NCBI GenBank assembly: GCA_016182015.1 | Contig: JACOYC010000012.1 | Span: 29,623 to 93,622, forward strand | Reading direction: 5' to 3' | Origin: Nanobdellati archaeon | GTDB lineage: Archaea > Nanobdellota > Nanobdellia > UBA10117 | Length of the DNA stretch: 64,000 nt | Part shown: piece by piece, positions 1 to 8,979 of the stretch | How the letters are laid out: each line of letters begins with the position of its first letter | Position numbering within the stretch: the stretch's first letter is position 1 | Position numbers and translations under genes: made by a program | The notes under the pieces: model-generated | Databases searched by the model: none | What the model saw: the letters and a program-made list of their open reading frames with translations, nothing else | Told to the model about the DNA's origin: nothing

Positions 1-2
1 AT

Positions 3-692
3 ATAACAAATGACATAGCAGATATTAAAAAAGATCGTGAAAATCATGAAAAAGTGGCAAGGCCGCTTGCCTCCGGAAAAATAAAAGTCTGGCAAGCAAC
101 TGCCATGGCAATTTTTTTGCTTGGCGCGTCTTTCGCTATTGGTGCAAAATTATCTTATAAATTTCTTTCTATCCAGCTTGCCTTGTTCGCAGTTGGCCAG
201 ATTTACAACATATTTTTAAGGAAAGAGGAGTTCGCTGACATACTTACAATTGCTTCTAGCTTTGTGCTACGCGCAGTTTCTGGCACATTTATAATTGGTT
301 CAGACATTTCGCCGTGGCTGGTCATATGCACGTTTTTGCTTTCGCTTTTTTTGTCAATCGGCAAGCGCCACGGAGAGCTGATAATGCTACGTGAAAATGC
401 AGACGCCCACAGGCCGGCGCTGAAATTTTATACAAAGGAAGTTACTGGCGCGCTGATGATTGTAGCAACGACGACATTGATAATGTCATATAGTTTTTAC
501 AGCTTTTTGAGCAATAGGAATTTGCTTTTTACATTGCCAATATCTCTGTATGCGGTTTTTAGATATTTTCATTTGGCGTATTCTGGCAGTGAAATAGCTA
601 GAAAACCAGAAAATATGCACAAAGACTGGAAATTATTTGCCAGCGTGTTTATATGGGTGTTGACTATTTTTGCGATTCTTTATTTGCGATAG
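3..692 (+). CDS. UbiA-family prenyltransferase (decaprenyl-phosphate phosphoribosyltransferase-like), 5'-truncated by the window
   Basis: Frame is open from position 3: ITNDIADIKKDRENHEKVARPLASG matches the UbiA NDxxDxxxD...RPxxSG motif. Also has a GKRxxE motif and multiple TM helices. Confidence 0.85.
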   Translation: MTNDIADIKKDRENHEKVARPLASGKIKVWQATAMAIFLLGASFAIGAKLSYKFLSIQLALFAVGQIYNIFLRKEEFADILTIASSFVLRAVSGTFIIGSDISPWLVICTFLLSLFLSIGKRHGELIMLRENADAHRPALKFYTKEVTGALMIVATTTLIMSYSFYSFLSNRNLLFTLPISLYAVFRYFHLAYSGSEIARKPENMHKDWKLFASVFIWVLTIFAILYLR

Positions 693-1872
693 CTTGTTTG
701 TAAAGAAATTCAATGTCGCCCGCAATATTATCCCAGTCATATTTTTTAGCATGGTTTTTGTTCGCTTTAGAAATTCTATTTCTCAACTTTCTGTCAGAAA
801 GCAGTTTTATAATTTTTTCTTTTAGCGCAGCAACATCACTGTAATTGACAAAAAAACCATTCTCAGGCTCCGACATAGCATACGGTACGTTGTTGACTGG
901 CGTTGCAATTACAGGACAGCCGGCCGCCATAGCCTCAAACAACGTCAGTGGCATGCCCTCGCGCTTGGAAGGCAGGACATAAATGTCCGCAGCGTTATAT
1001 GCCGCAATAACATCCTCGCGCGGAAGCCGGCCAAGAATTTTTAAGTTTGAATCGCCACCAGATAAGATCTCTAATTCTTTTTGATATCCGTCATCACCGC
1101 CCGCGAATACGAACGTAACGTCATTTCTTTCAGCAAGAATTTTCTTTGCCGCAGCCATCAAAATATCCGGCCCTTTAATTTTATTAATTCGCGCAAGAAA
1201 CAAAACCATTTTTCCGTTTATTTTGTATTTTTTCTTAAAGCCAATACTGGGCGAAGTTCGGCGCGGCGCAGCGGAGTTTATTTTACTCATATTATTTTTT
1301 CCAGTAGAATTAAAGAATTCTGCAGAAACCCCATTTGGTATAGGTATAATTTCGTTTTTTTTCTTGGATAGCTTTTTTATAAACTGTAGTTCGTATGGGC
1401 TAAGAATAATTATTTTGTTTGCCCACTTCAATGCCAGCCGGCCAAAAACGTTCTGCATCGGCCACACAAAAATATTTCCAAGAAAGTTCCTCTTGTCAGC
1501 AATCCATGGACTATGCGTGGTGTGCACGACAGGAACTTTTTTTATTCTTGCGGCCAGCCCGGCAAGGAAAGTGTGCGGCTGGTTTAGCGAGTGTGTGTGT
1601 ATTACACTGAAATCGCTGCCAAGAATTTTAAAGAAAATTTCCGGCCAGACGTAAGTCAGAGCGGTGACCCTGAACCAGTAAGGAATCCTGTGCACAAATA
1701 TCCCATCAACCAGTAAGTTTTTTTTCTTTAATCTTCGTTTTTTATCTGTATCTGCACAAAAAACGTGGACCTCATGGCCTGCCCGTACCTGTCTTTTTGC
1801 AAGCTCGTAAACGACCTGGCCAACGCCACAGATTGTAGGCTTGAAAAACGGACAGATATGCGCTATTTTCAT
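664..1872 (-). CDS. GT4 glycosyltransferase
   Basis: GGV/GHEV N-terminus, KGPD, and EGMPLTLFEAMAAG (EX7E). Confidence 0.92.
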   Translation of the reverse strand: MKIAHICPFFKPTICGVGQVVYELAKRQVRAGHEVHVFCADTDKKRRLKKKNLLVDGIFVHRIPYWFRVTALTYVWPEIFFKILGSDFSVIHTHSLNQPHTFLAGLAARIKKVPVVHTTHSPWIADKRNFLGNIFVWPMQNVFGRLALKWANKIIILSPYELQFIKKLSKKKNEIIPIPNGVSAEFFNSTGKNNMSKINSAAPRRTSPSIGFKKKYKINGKMVLFLARINKIKGPDILMAAAKKILAERNDVTFVFAGGDDGYQKELEILSGGDSNLKILGRLPREDVIAAYNAADIYVLPSKREGMPLTLFEAMAAGCPVIATPVNNVPYAMSEPENGFFVNYSDVAALKEKIIKLLSDRKLRNRISKANKNHAKKYDWDNIAGDIEFLYKQAIANKESQK

Positions 1873-1873
1873 A

Positions 1874-2998
1874 TTAATGTGCTACTGCCATGCTGATGCC
1901 CGGCAGGCCAGCGGGATTTTTCATTTGTAAGTATGGCTTTGCCCATCTACAGCCTTCGCATAGTTTGAACATCTGTACGTTTTTGTTCAGCAAGCCGTCG
2001 CGTAGTGCTCGATAATACGCACCATTCCAGATTTCCCCCAAAGATTGCTCAGTAAGATTCATATCACCGAATTTGTGCGGTTCAAGAATTACGCAGCATG
2101 GTGTTACGCGGCCCTGCCAGTTCAGATAAATAGAACGCCAAGGCCATATACACTTTGAGTCGTGTTCGTCGTCATATGCAACAGCCACTCCAAGATTTTT
2201 TCCTTCTGCCCGCGCTTCAGAGATTAGTTTTTTTATTTGTTCTTTATATGATACGACAACTTCATCTTTTGAAAACCCGGTTTTTTCATATTTTTCTAAG
2301 TAATCATCTTTTTCCTGCAGGTCTTGGAATTCTATTTGTTCTATGCCAAGCTCGCGCGCAAATTGTACGAATTTTGGGATTTCACGCATGTTTTTTTTCA
2401 TTACAACTGCTGCGAGGGCCAGCCTGAACTTCGCACTGGTTTCTTTTCGTTTGGCGGTTAGCCGTTTTATGCCGGCCACGACGACATCAAACTTGGCAAG
2501 CTTTCTAATAGACTCATAAGTTTCCCTTTCTGTTGAGTCGACAGAGAGAATCATTTTATTTACCTGTGATTGGCAGATTTTTTCCACGATTTTTTCTGTG
2601 AAGAGCGTGGCGTTTGATGTTAAATTTACCACGATACCCTTTGAAGCTGCGTAGTTTATCATTTGAAATAAATCGCGGGCAAGGAAAGGCTCGCCTTGCC
2701 CCTGCAGATGTATTTTGACTACCGTGTCGAGTTTGTCGATTACTGTCTTGAATGTTTCAAATGACATCTCGCCCAACGGCACGCCGAGTTCAGTACGCAC
2801 GCACATTCTGCAGGCCAGATTGCACCGCAAGGTCGGCTCGATTTGCGCAGTTATTGGCTTGTGTTGAGATATATCTCCCCACGGCCTGATATGATATGCG
2901 AGCAGATTTACAGCTACTTTTGCATTTTGAGCGAGCGATCTGTTTCCTGTAAGGGCTAAGAATCTGTTGAAAAACTCCATGAAGCGATAAAATTTCAT
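1874..2998 (-). CDS. Radical SAM protein with SPASM/Twitch domain
   Basis: CNLACRMC (CxxxCxxC), GQGEPF, and C-terminal CxxPW...GxVxPCC...CxxC. Confidence 0.92.
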   Translation of the reverse strand: MKFYRFMEFFNRFLALTGNRSLAQNAKVAVNLLAYHIRPWGDISQHKPITAQIEPTLRCNLACRMCVRTELGVPLGEMSFETFKTVIDKLDTVVKIHLQGQGEPFLARDLFQMINYAASKGIVVNLTSNATLFTEKIVEKICQSQVNKMILSVDSTERETYESIRKLAKFDVVVAGIKRLTAKRKETSAKFRLALAAVVMKKNMREIPKFVQFARELGIEQIEFQDLQEKDDYLEKYEKTGFSKDEVVVSYKEQIKKLISEARAEGKNLGVAVAYDDEHDSKCIWPWRSIYLNWQGRVTPCCVILEPHKFGDMNLTEQSLGEIWNGAYYRALRDGLLNKNVQMFKLCEGCRWAKPYLQMKNPAGLPGISMAVAH

Positions 2999-3056
2999 AC
3001 CACATCAAAAATAAGTGCAGCAAAACAATTTTAAAACTTTCCTTCTTTACTTGTAA

Positions 3057-4226
3057 ATGCGCATAGGTTATGTGATTCCGTATTTTCACCCTTTTAAGGA
3101 CGGGTTGGAGAACAACTGCCTCTATTTGGCAGCCGAATTGGCGAAGCGCGGGCACGAGATTCACGTTTTTACCTCGGACCGGCGCGGCGCAGAGGTTTTG
3201 AAGAACACATATGAAGCTTATAATGGCGTTCATATTCATCGCTACCGGACTTTAGTTAGATATAAATATTATTTTTTTTACAATGCTGGAATGGTATCCG
3301 ACATACTGCGCCGCAATTTCGATGTTCTGCATTTCCATAATATTGGCCATCCGCAGTGGGATGCTATACTACTCGCCACCCGCCTGTTGAAAAAAACAAA
3401 ATGCGTAAACACTCCGCACGGGAATTTTTTTGCTGGCATAGAAAAATCATTTTTTGGAAAAATTTTTAAGACAGTTTACCGATTGTGGGAGTTTCCATTT
3501 AATAGGCTTTACCACGCCTGTGTCAAAGTGAATCAACTACAGCACAAGTGGCTGCCTGAATACGGTTTTAAGAAAAAATTAGTTTATATCCCTGACGGCA
3601 TTCCAGCGGAGCGTTTTAAGAAAATCGACAATTCAGAATTTTTGGAGAGGCACGGATTAAGCGGCAAGTTTGTAATTTGCAATCTTGGCCGGCTTCTGCC
3701 TTACAAAGGTCTGGATCAGATGGTAAAAATCCTGCCGAAAATTTTGAAAAAATATCCAGAGGTTGTATTTTTATCAATGGGGCCGGACCGTGGCGATCTG
3801 CTGCGGCTGAAAAATTTAGCTAAGGAGCTTAACGTTGAGAAGAATGTTGTATTTGTTGGCGAGGTTTCCGAAGACGATAAATTAAGAGGCTTGGATGCGT
3901 CTAGAATTTTTGTTTTCCCAAGCCAGCCGGGTACAGAGTTTTTTGGCATTGGAATGCTGGAAGGTATGGCGCGCGGCGTGGTGCCAATCGCGACAAGGCA
4001 GGAGGGGCCAAACTTCCTTTTGCGCGACGGCGAGAACGGAATGCTTTTTAATTATGGGAATTTAACTGAGCTGAAGGAAAAAATTTTATTCATGATAGAA
4101 CATTCAGAATTTTTAGAAGCTGCAAAAAAGCAGAACTTCGGGCTGGCAAAGTCATTTGTGAACGAGGAAATTGCAAAAAGCCTTGAGGCAGTATATTTTA
4201 AACTTTGTAAAGGCACAAGCCTTTAA
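3057..4226 (+). CDS. GT4 glycosyltransferase
   Basis: RGHEI, GRLLPYKG, EFFGIGMLEGMARG. Confidence 0.92.
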   Translation: MRIGYVIPYFHPFKDGLENNCLYLAAELAKRGHEIHVFTSDRRGAEVLKNTYEAYNGVHIHRYRTLVRYKYYFFYNAGMVSDILRRNFDVLHFHNIGHPQWDAILLATRLLKKTKCVNTPHGNFFAGIEKSFFGKIFKTVYRLWEFPFNRLYHACVKVNQLQHKWLPEYGFKKKLVYIPDGIPAERFKKIDNSEFLERHGLSGKFVICNLGRLLPYKGLDQMVKILPKILKKYPEVVFLSMGPDRGDLLRLKNLAKELNVEKNVVFVGEVSEDDKLRGLDASRIFVFPSQPGTEFFGIGMLEGMARGVVPIATRQEGPNFLLRDGENGMLFNYGNLTELKEKILFMIEHSEFLEAAKKQNFGLAKSFVNEEIAKSLEAVYFKLCKGTSL

Positions 4227-4246
4227 TATCTTTTGTTATATGTTTT

Positions 4247-5785
4247 TTGATGGATTTAAAGTTGTTGGAGACAAAAGTTAATTTATGGCTGTCTAACAAA
4301 TATAATTTATATTTTTTAATAATATTTATTTTTGCTTTTGCAGTAAGATTATATTATTTATTTTTGACCAAGAACCAGGCCCTTTGGTGGGATGAAGCAG
4401 AATATCTTAACATGGCTAAACACTGGGCGTTTAGTATGCCATATGATTTAAATCCGCAAAGGCCGCCATTATTTCCGCTTCTCGCTGCAGCTATATTTTC
4501 ACTCAGCGGCGGCGTTTTCGCGGCAAAGCTTTTACTGTCGCTGGTGCCGTCAGTTTTGATAGTTTTTTTAACATATATAATTGCGGGCGAGTTTTACGGC
4601 AAAAAAGCAGGCCTTGTTGCATCTGCATTTATGGCGCTTTTTTGGTTTGCTTTGTTTAATACTGTCAGGTCACATACTGATTTGCTGGCAATGCTGTTTA
4701 GCTCGCTGGCGATTTACTTTGTTTGGAAGCATGCCGAACAGCAAAAAAACTGGATGATGGTTTTGGCCGGCCTGCTTATTGGGCTTTCAGTACTTACGAG
4801 GCTGCTTGCAGGTATAACCGTTATAATTCTGGCAATTTTTCTGCTGATTGCAAAACGCAGGGCGTTGTTTTTTGACAAATATATTTGGTTTTCCGGGCTG
4901 GCCGCAGCCGTTTTTGTTTTGCCGTATTTAATATGGGCAAAGCTGCATTTTGGCAATATACTTGCACCATTTTCAGGCTATGAATCCGCATTTACGGGCA
5001 TTTCTAATACATTTGCGTGGCACGTTTTCGGATTTTTCAAATGGTTCGGCGAGTGGCCAATTTTTATTTTGTTCTTGGCCGGCTGCGCCATGGTTTTAAC
5101 AGATATTGTGCTGGGTCGCGAGTTGGTATTTAAGCAGGAAGGACGGATGCTGCGCGCAAACGCCCTGCTTCTCGTCTGGGTTTTCACATACGTATTTTAT
5201 TTTGTTTTTATCGTAAAAGCATATACAACAGAAGACCGCTGGCTTTTGCCGATTACGATTCCAATGTTTATACTTGCTGCGAGGCCAGTGATTGCCGTTT
5301 TTGATTTTCTTAAGAAATATAACCGCAGCGTTGCGCTTGCAAGTATAGCAGTACTTCTTGTGATTTGTTTGTATCCGCAGTATGCGCATGCCGCAGCAAT
5401 AATACCCGCCAAGGCAAATACATACGCGCAAGAGCCATGGGCCGGCCAGTGGCTCAAAGAAAATACGCAGCCAAGCGACGTTATAATGTCAGTCAACGAA
5501 CAGGCACCGCTTGCATTTTATTCAGAACGCAGAATCTATGGGCTCGACACGCCGGACGGAACAGTTGAGCGAATTAAAAAATTCAAGCCAAAATATTTTG
5601 TCGTAACCGGATACGCGAAGGCAGATTCGTGGCAGGTTAATTTTCCTGAAAAATATAAATACTCAATTGTCCCTGCGCATGCCTTTTTTGAAGACCCGGA
5701 GCACAAACAGCTGGCCATAATAATATATAAATTCAGTAATTATGATTTAAACCCAAGCACAGCTAACAGTCCAACAGATGCGTAA
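4247..5785 (+). CDS. GT-C fold membrane glycosyltransferase (PMT/ArnT-like); start probably ATG 4250
   Basis: WWDEAEY after TM1, RPPLFP, DRWLLP, many TM helices. Confidence 0.85.
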   Translation: MMDLKLLETKVNLWLSNKYNLYFLIIFIFAFAVRLYYLFLTKNQALWWDEAEYLNMAKHWAFSMPYDLNPQRPPLFPLLAAAIFSLSGGVFAAKLLLSLVPSVLIVFLTYIIAGEFYGKKAGLVASAFMALFWFALFNTVRSHTDLLAMLFSSLAIYFVWKHAEQQKNWMMVLAGLLIGLSVLTRLLAGITVIILAIFLLIAKRRALFFDKYIWFSGLAAAVFVLPYLIWAKLHFGNILAPFSGYESAFTGISNTFAWHVFGFFKWFGEWPIFILFLAGCAMVLTDIVLGRELVFKQEGRMLRANALLLVWVFTYVFYFVFIVKAYTTEDRWLLPITIPMFILAARPVIAVFDFLKKYNRSVALASIAVLLVICLYPQYAHAAAIIPAKANTYAQEPWAGQWLKENTQPSDVIMSVNEQAPLAFYSERRIYGLDTPDGTVERIKKFKPKYFVVTGYAKADSWQVNFPEKYKYSIVPAHAFFEDPEHKQLAIIIYKFSNYDLNPSTANSPTDA

Positions 5786-6732
5786 ATTGCTGTCGTTGCA
5801 AACATAGCAACAGGGTGAAGAAGCCACGCAGAGTCTTTTGTTTCGATTGCTTTTTGTAAACCAATAATAGTGTTTGGTAAAATTAAAAAATTTTTTATAA
5901 GCTTTAAGCCAATTTGCAGAAACTCTTTTCTGTTTTTTGGCGTCCAGGAAAAGTCTCCACGCATTTCGTTTTTAGTTACATGAACCTTGGCCCAAAGTGT
6001 TTTCTTTTTTATGAAATTCCAGAAAGAATATACTGCATAGTGATGCGTTGCGGCGTTTTTTGGTATTGCCAGCCTTGCCAGCCCGAGTTTTGCAAGTCTG
6101 AATATTACGTCAACATCTTTTGTGTATCCGCCAACGGCGTCGAGCGCCGATTTGCGGTAGATAAAACAATTTCCACCCGCAATAAAAAACTTTTCTGGCG
6201 TGATTTCAGTGGTATGATAATCGCCGCAGTCTTCCAGCTTAACTTTTTTCAGGCCAAGCAGGCCATGCAGCGAAATTTCTGCAGCAAATGGATCTGTGCC
6301 AACATAACTCAGATACCTGTTTGTTATTTTGTCTTCCTTTCGCGCAAGTAAGCGGCAATCACAGCCGAATATTGTCTGGTCGGCCAGCATCGGTTTAAGC
6401 ATTTCATAGAGCCAGTTTTCTCCAATAAGCATGTTGTCATGGTCAACAAATGCGATAAAATCGCCGCGCGCTAACGCGAGGCCCTGGCTTTTTCCCATCC
6501 CGCGGCCTTCTGGAAATCTTTTTTTATTTTGTATCAGCGTTACAGGAAAGCTGGCGATCATTTTTATTGTTTCTGCGGAGCTGCCGCCGTCAACACATAT
6601 TACTTCAAATTTGTCCTTCGGGTAACTTATTGCGAAGACACTCTTCAGACAGCGTTTAATTAAGTTATGCATTTCATGCTGCTTCGTACTGTAGGTGCAA
6701 ATGATAAAGCTAACAAACGGTGTTTTGTCCAT
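5740..6732 (-). CDS. GT2 glycosyltransferase
   Basis: VSFIICTY, VDGGS, DFIAFVDHD. ATG 6732 preferred over TTG 6759. Confidence 0.88.
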   Translation of the reverse strand: MDKTPFVSFIICTYSTKQHEMHNLIKRCLKSVFAISYPKDKFEVICVDGGSSAETIKMIASFPVTLIQNKKRFPEGRGMGKSQGLALARGDFIAFVDHDNMLIGENWLYEMLKPMLADQTIFGCDCRLLARKEDKITNRYLSYVGTDPFAAEISLHGLLGLKKVKLEDCGDYHTTEITPEKFFIAGGNCFIYRKSALDAVGGYTKDVDVIFRLAKLGLARLAIPKNAATHHYAVYSFWNFIKKKTLWAKVHVTKNEMRGDFSWTPKNRKEFLQIGLKLIKNFLILPNTIIGLQKAIETKDSAWLLHPVAMFATTAIYASVGLLAVLGFKS

Positions 6733-7999
6733 TTTTTTCCTCTGACCCGCCAAAAACATAGGCCACTGTCAACGAGGCAAGCAGCCCAATGGCGACGAAC
6801 GCCATTATTTTTACGATTACCCATAGCGACGAGTGAAATGTCAGAATACTAATGATTTCTGCAGCCGGGAAAAGCAGCAACATAGGCAAAAATTTTGTTT
6901 TGCCGGATGATAGAAAGTAATTTACAAATAAATATGCAATAGAAAATAGTGCCATTGTTAGGCCGAATAGCCCCATAATCGGAATAATATCAAAATATTC
7001 TGGGCCGAAAAGCATGCCAACAACAAGCTTCGGCGCTAGCGCATATACTGTTGCTGCCGCGCCAGTCAGGCCGGCCACTATGAGCAGCGATTTTCTAAAC
7101 GTTGGTTCATAGTCCAGGTTTTTAGCCTTAAGCTCTGATATTTTTGGGAACATCACTTGGCTTATAGATACAGAAGCAAAGAATATTATTTTGGCAAGAA
7201 GGGCTGCTGCAGCGTAATGGCCAGCGCTGGCAGGCGAGAAAAAATGTTTAACAAGTATAACATCAACAGTATAAATTGCGGTGATAGCACTCATCGCCAA
7301 GACTACCGGTATTGAATATGCATAGATTGCTTTTCCGTCGATTTTGTACTGCTCGATGTTATTTTTGTATTTTTTTAGCACGAGGCTGGCAAGAAGCCAC
7401 GCCCCAGCAAAAGAAAATACTATGGCCGCAAGTGCCCCATTCACGCCAAAACCCAATAAGACCAGCGCAATTCCAGAAGCTATTTTTATTATCGCCTCAA
7501 AGATGACATTTGCCCCGAGCGCGATAAATTTTTGCAGGCCTTGCAGAATGCCGCGCAGGTTTGAAACAACAAAAACAACAAGGAAAACAAAATTAAATAT
7601 GATTATGTTTGCAGCAGGTGCGTGTAGGAAAGTGCTAAGTGGTTTTGCCCCAGCCATAAATATTACAAAAAAAACCATGCCAAGTATAAGTATTTTTTCA
7701 TGTGATTTTTTAAGCAGGTAGCCGATCTCACCAAATTTTTTTTCAGCTTTCAGGGCAGACACAAATTTTGCAGTTACTGTTTGTATCGTGTTCAGGACGG
7801 CAATAAGAAAATAAAGTATTGCGAACAGCGCGCCCACAACCCCATAGCCAGCAGGCCCGAGCAGCCGGCCCATCGAAAAATGATAGAAATAATTAATCAG
7901 GCTGGCAAACAGCGTAGTTGAAAAAAGTATGCTGCCTTGCTTTAACAGCTTTTTATCTTCGGTCAGGAAAGCCAGTAATTTTTTTAACATATTAAGCAT
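6710..7999 (-). CDS. Oligosaccharide flippase (Wzx/MOP superfamily)
   Basis: About 12-14 TM helices, GRLLGPAGYG, DVILVKHF...AGHYAAA, VMFPKIS. Confidence 0.88.
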   Translation of the reverse strand: MLNMLKKLLAFLTEDKKLLKQGSILFSTTLFASLINYFYHFSMGRLLGPAGYGVVGALFAILYFLIAVLNTIQTVTAKFVSALKAEKKFGEIGYLLKKSHEKILILGMVFFVIFMAGAKPLSTFLHAPAANIIIFNFVFLVVFVVSNLRGILQGLQKFIALGANVIFEAIIKIASGIALVLLGFGVNGALAAIVFSFAGAWLLASLVLKKYKNNIEQYKIDGKAIYAYSIPVVLAMSAITAIYTVDVILVKHFFSPASAGHYAAAALLAKIIFFASVSISQVMFPKISELKAKNLDYEPTFRKSLLIVAGLTGAAATVYALAPKLVVGMLFGPEYFDIIPIMGLFGLTMALFSIAYLFVNYFLSSGKTKFLPMLLLFPAAEIISILTFHSSLWVIVKIMAFVAIGLLASLTVAYVFGGSEEKNGQNTVC

Positions 8000-8978
8000 A
8001 GGATAATATTACGAGTACAGCCAGGACGAACTCTGTGGCGAGTATGCCGCGCGCTGCAGTTTTTTCGTGGCCAAAAAGACGTACAAAAATGTGTACAAGC
8101 GATGCAGTTTTGTCCGGGGCCTTGAGTGTTCCGTCAGGTTGCGGCACATTTGAACAGCTTTCTACTTCAAATTTATAGCGCGCTTTTAGAACCAATTCTG
8201 CGAAGTAGGGCAGGAAGAGTATGACTGCTGCGCGTTCCATGTTGCCTAGGACTGCAAGTATTGCTATGAGTGCGCCAGTTCCGTGCGTTAGTGTATTGCC
8301 CGGAAATATTTTTGCAGGAAATCTGTTGAACAGCAAAAAAGCCAGCAGGGAGACTACTGCGCAGAAGGCGATAATAGCTAACCACGGTGTTCCAGTCAGC
8401 AATGCTATGTAACCTAAGGCAGCTAAAATTATCGCGCCCATTCCCGCCTCTAAACCATTAAGCCCCGCGAGCATATTAAAGCCATTAGTGGCGCCAACTA
8501 TGCTAACTGGAATTATCACCAGCGGGTATAATATTCCAAAATCAATGACACCCAAAAGCGGCAAGAGCATTGCAGAGTGGCCTGCATTTATTACTATCAG
8601 CGGCACTGCGGCAGGCAGCGTGAGAAGCGGTTTTTGCCATTTGGCAAGGCCTTGTTTCCACCCAAGCACGTCATCTATAAAACCCACGAAGCTAGCCAGC
8701 ATGAGTGCAATTATTGCTGCGAACAAAACTATAAGATGTGTTTCTGTTTTTATAATAAATGTTTTGAAAAATACATATGCCAGCAGTCCAGTCAAAGTTC
8801 CAAACAGGACTGGCAGGCCGCCAATTTCTGGAATCAGTATATTACCCAGCTTGTTCGCATCTTTCCCAACCAGATTGAAACGTTTAGCTATGCGTATCCA
8901 CGCCCGTATTAGAAAAAAAGTAGCAAGGAAGCTTAGTAATATGCTAAACAACGCCAAAATTTCAGATCCATCCACCAT
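7992..8978 (-). CDS. aglH: Polyprenyl-phosphate GlcNAc-1-P transferase (AglH/GPT, MraY superfamily)
   Basis: GKDANK, IPEIGG, GFIDD, NGFNMLAGLNGLE, PAKIFPGN. Adjacent to aglB. Confidence 0.8.
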   Translation of the reverse strand: MVDGSEILALFSILLSFLATFFLIRAWIRIAKRFNLVGKDANKLGNILIPEIGGLPVLFGTLTGLLAYVFFKTFIIKTETHLIVLFAAIIALMLASFVGFIDDVLGWKQGLAKWQKPLLTLPAAVPLIVINAGHSAMLLPLLGVIDFGILYPLVIIPVSIVGATNGFNMLAGLNGLEAGMGAIILAALGYIALLTGTPWLAIIAFCAVVSLLAFLLFNRFPAKIFPGNTLTHGTGALIAILAVLGNMERAAVILFLPYFAELVLKARYKFEVESCSNVPQPDGTLKAPDKTASLVHIFVRLFGHEKTAARGILATEFVLAVLVILSYA

Positions 8979-8979
8979 T

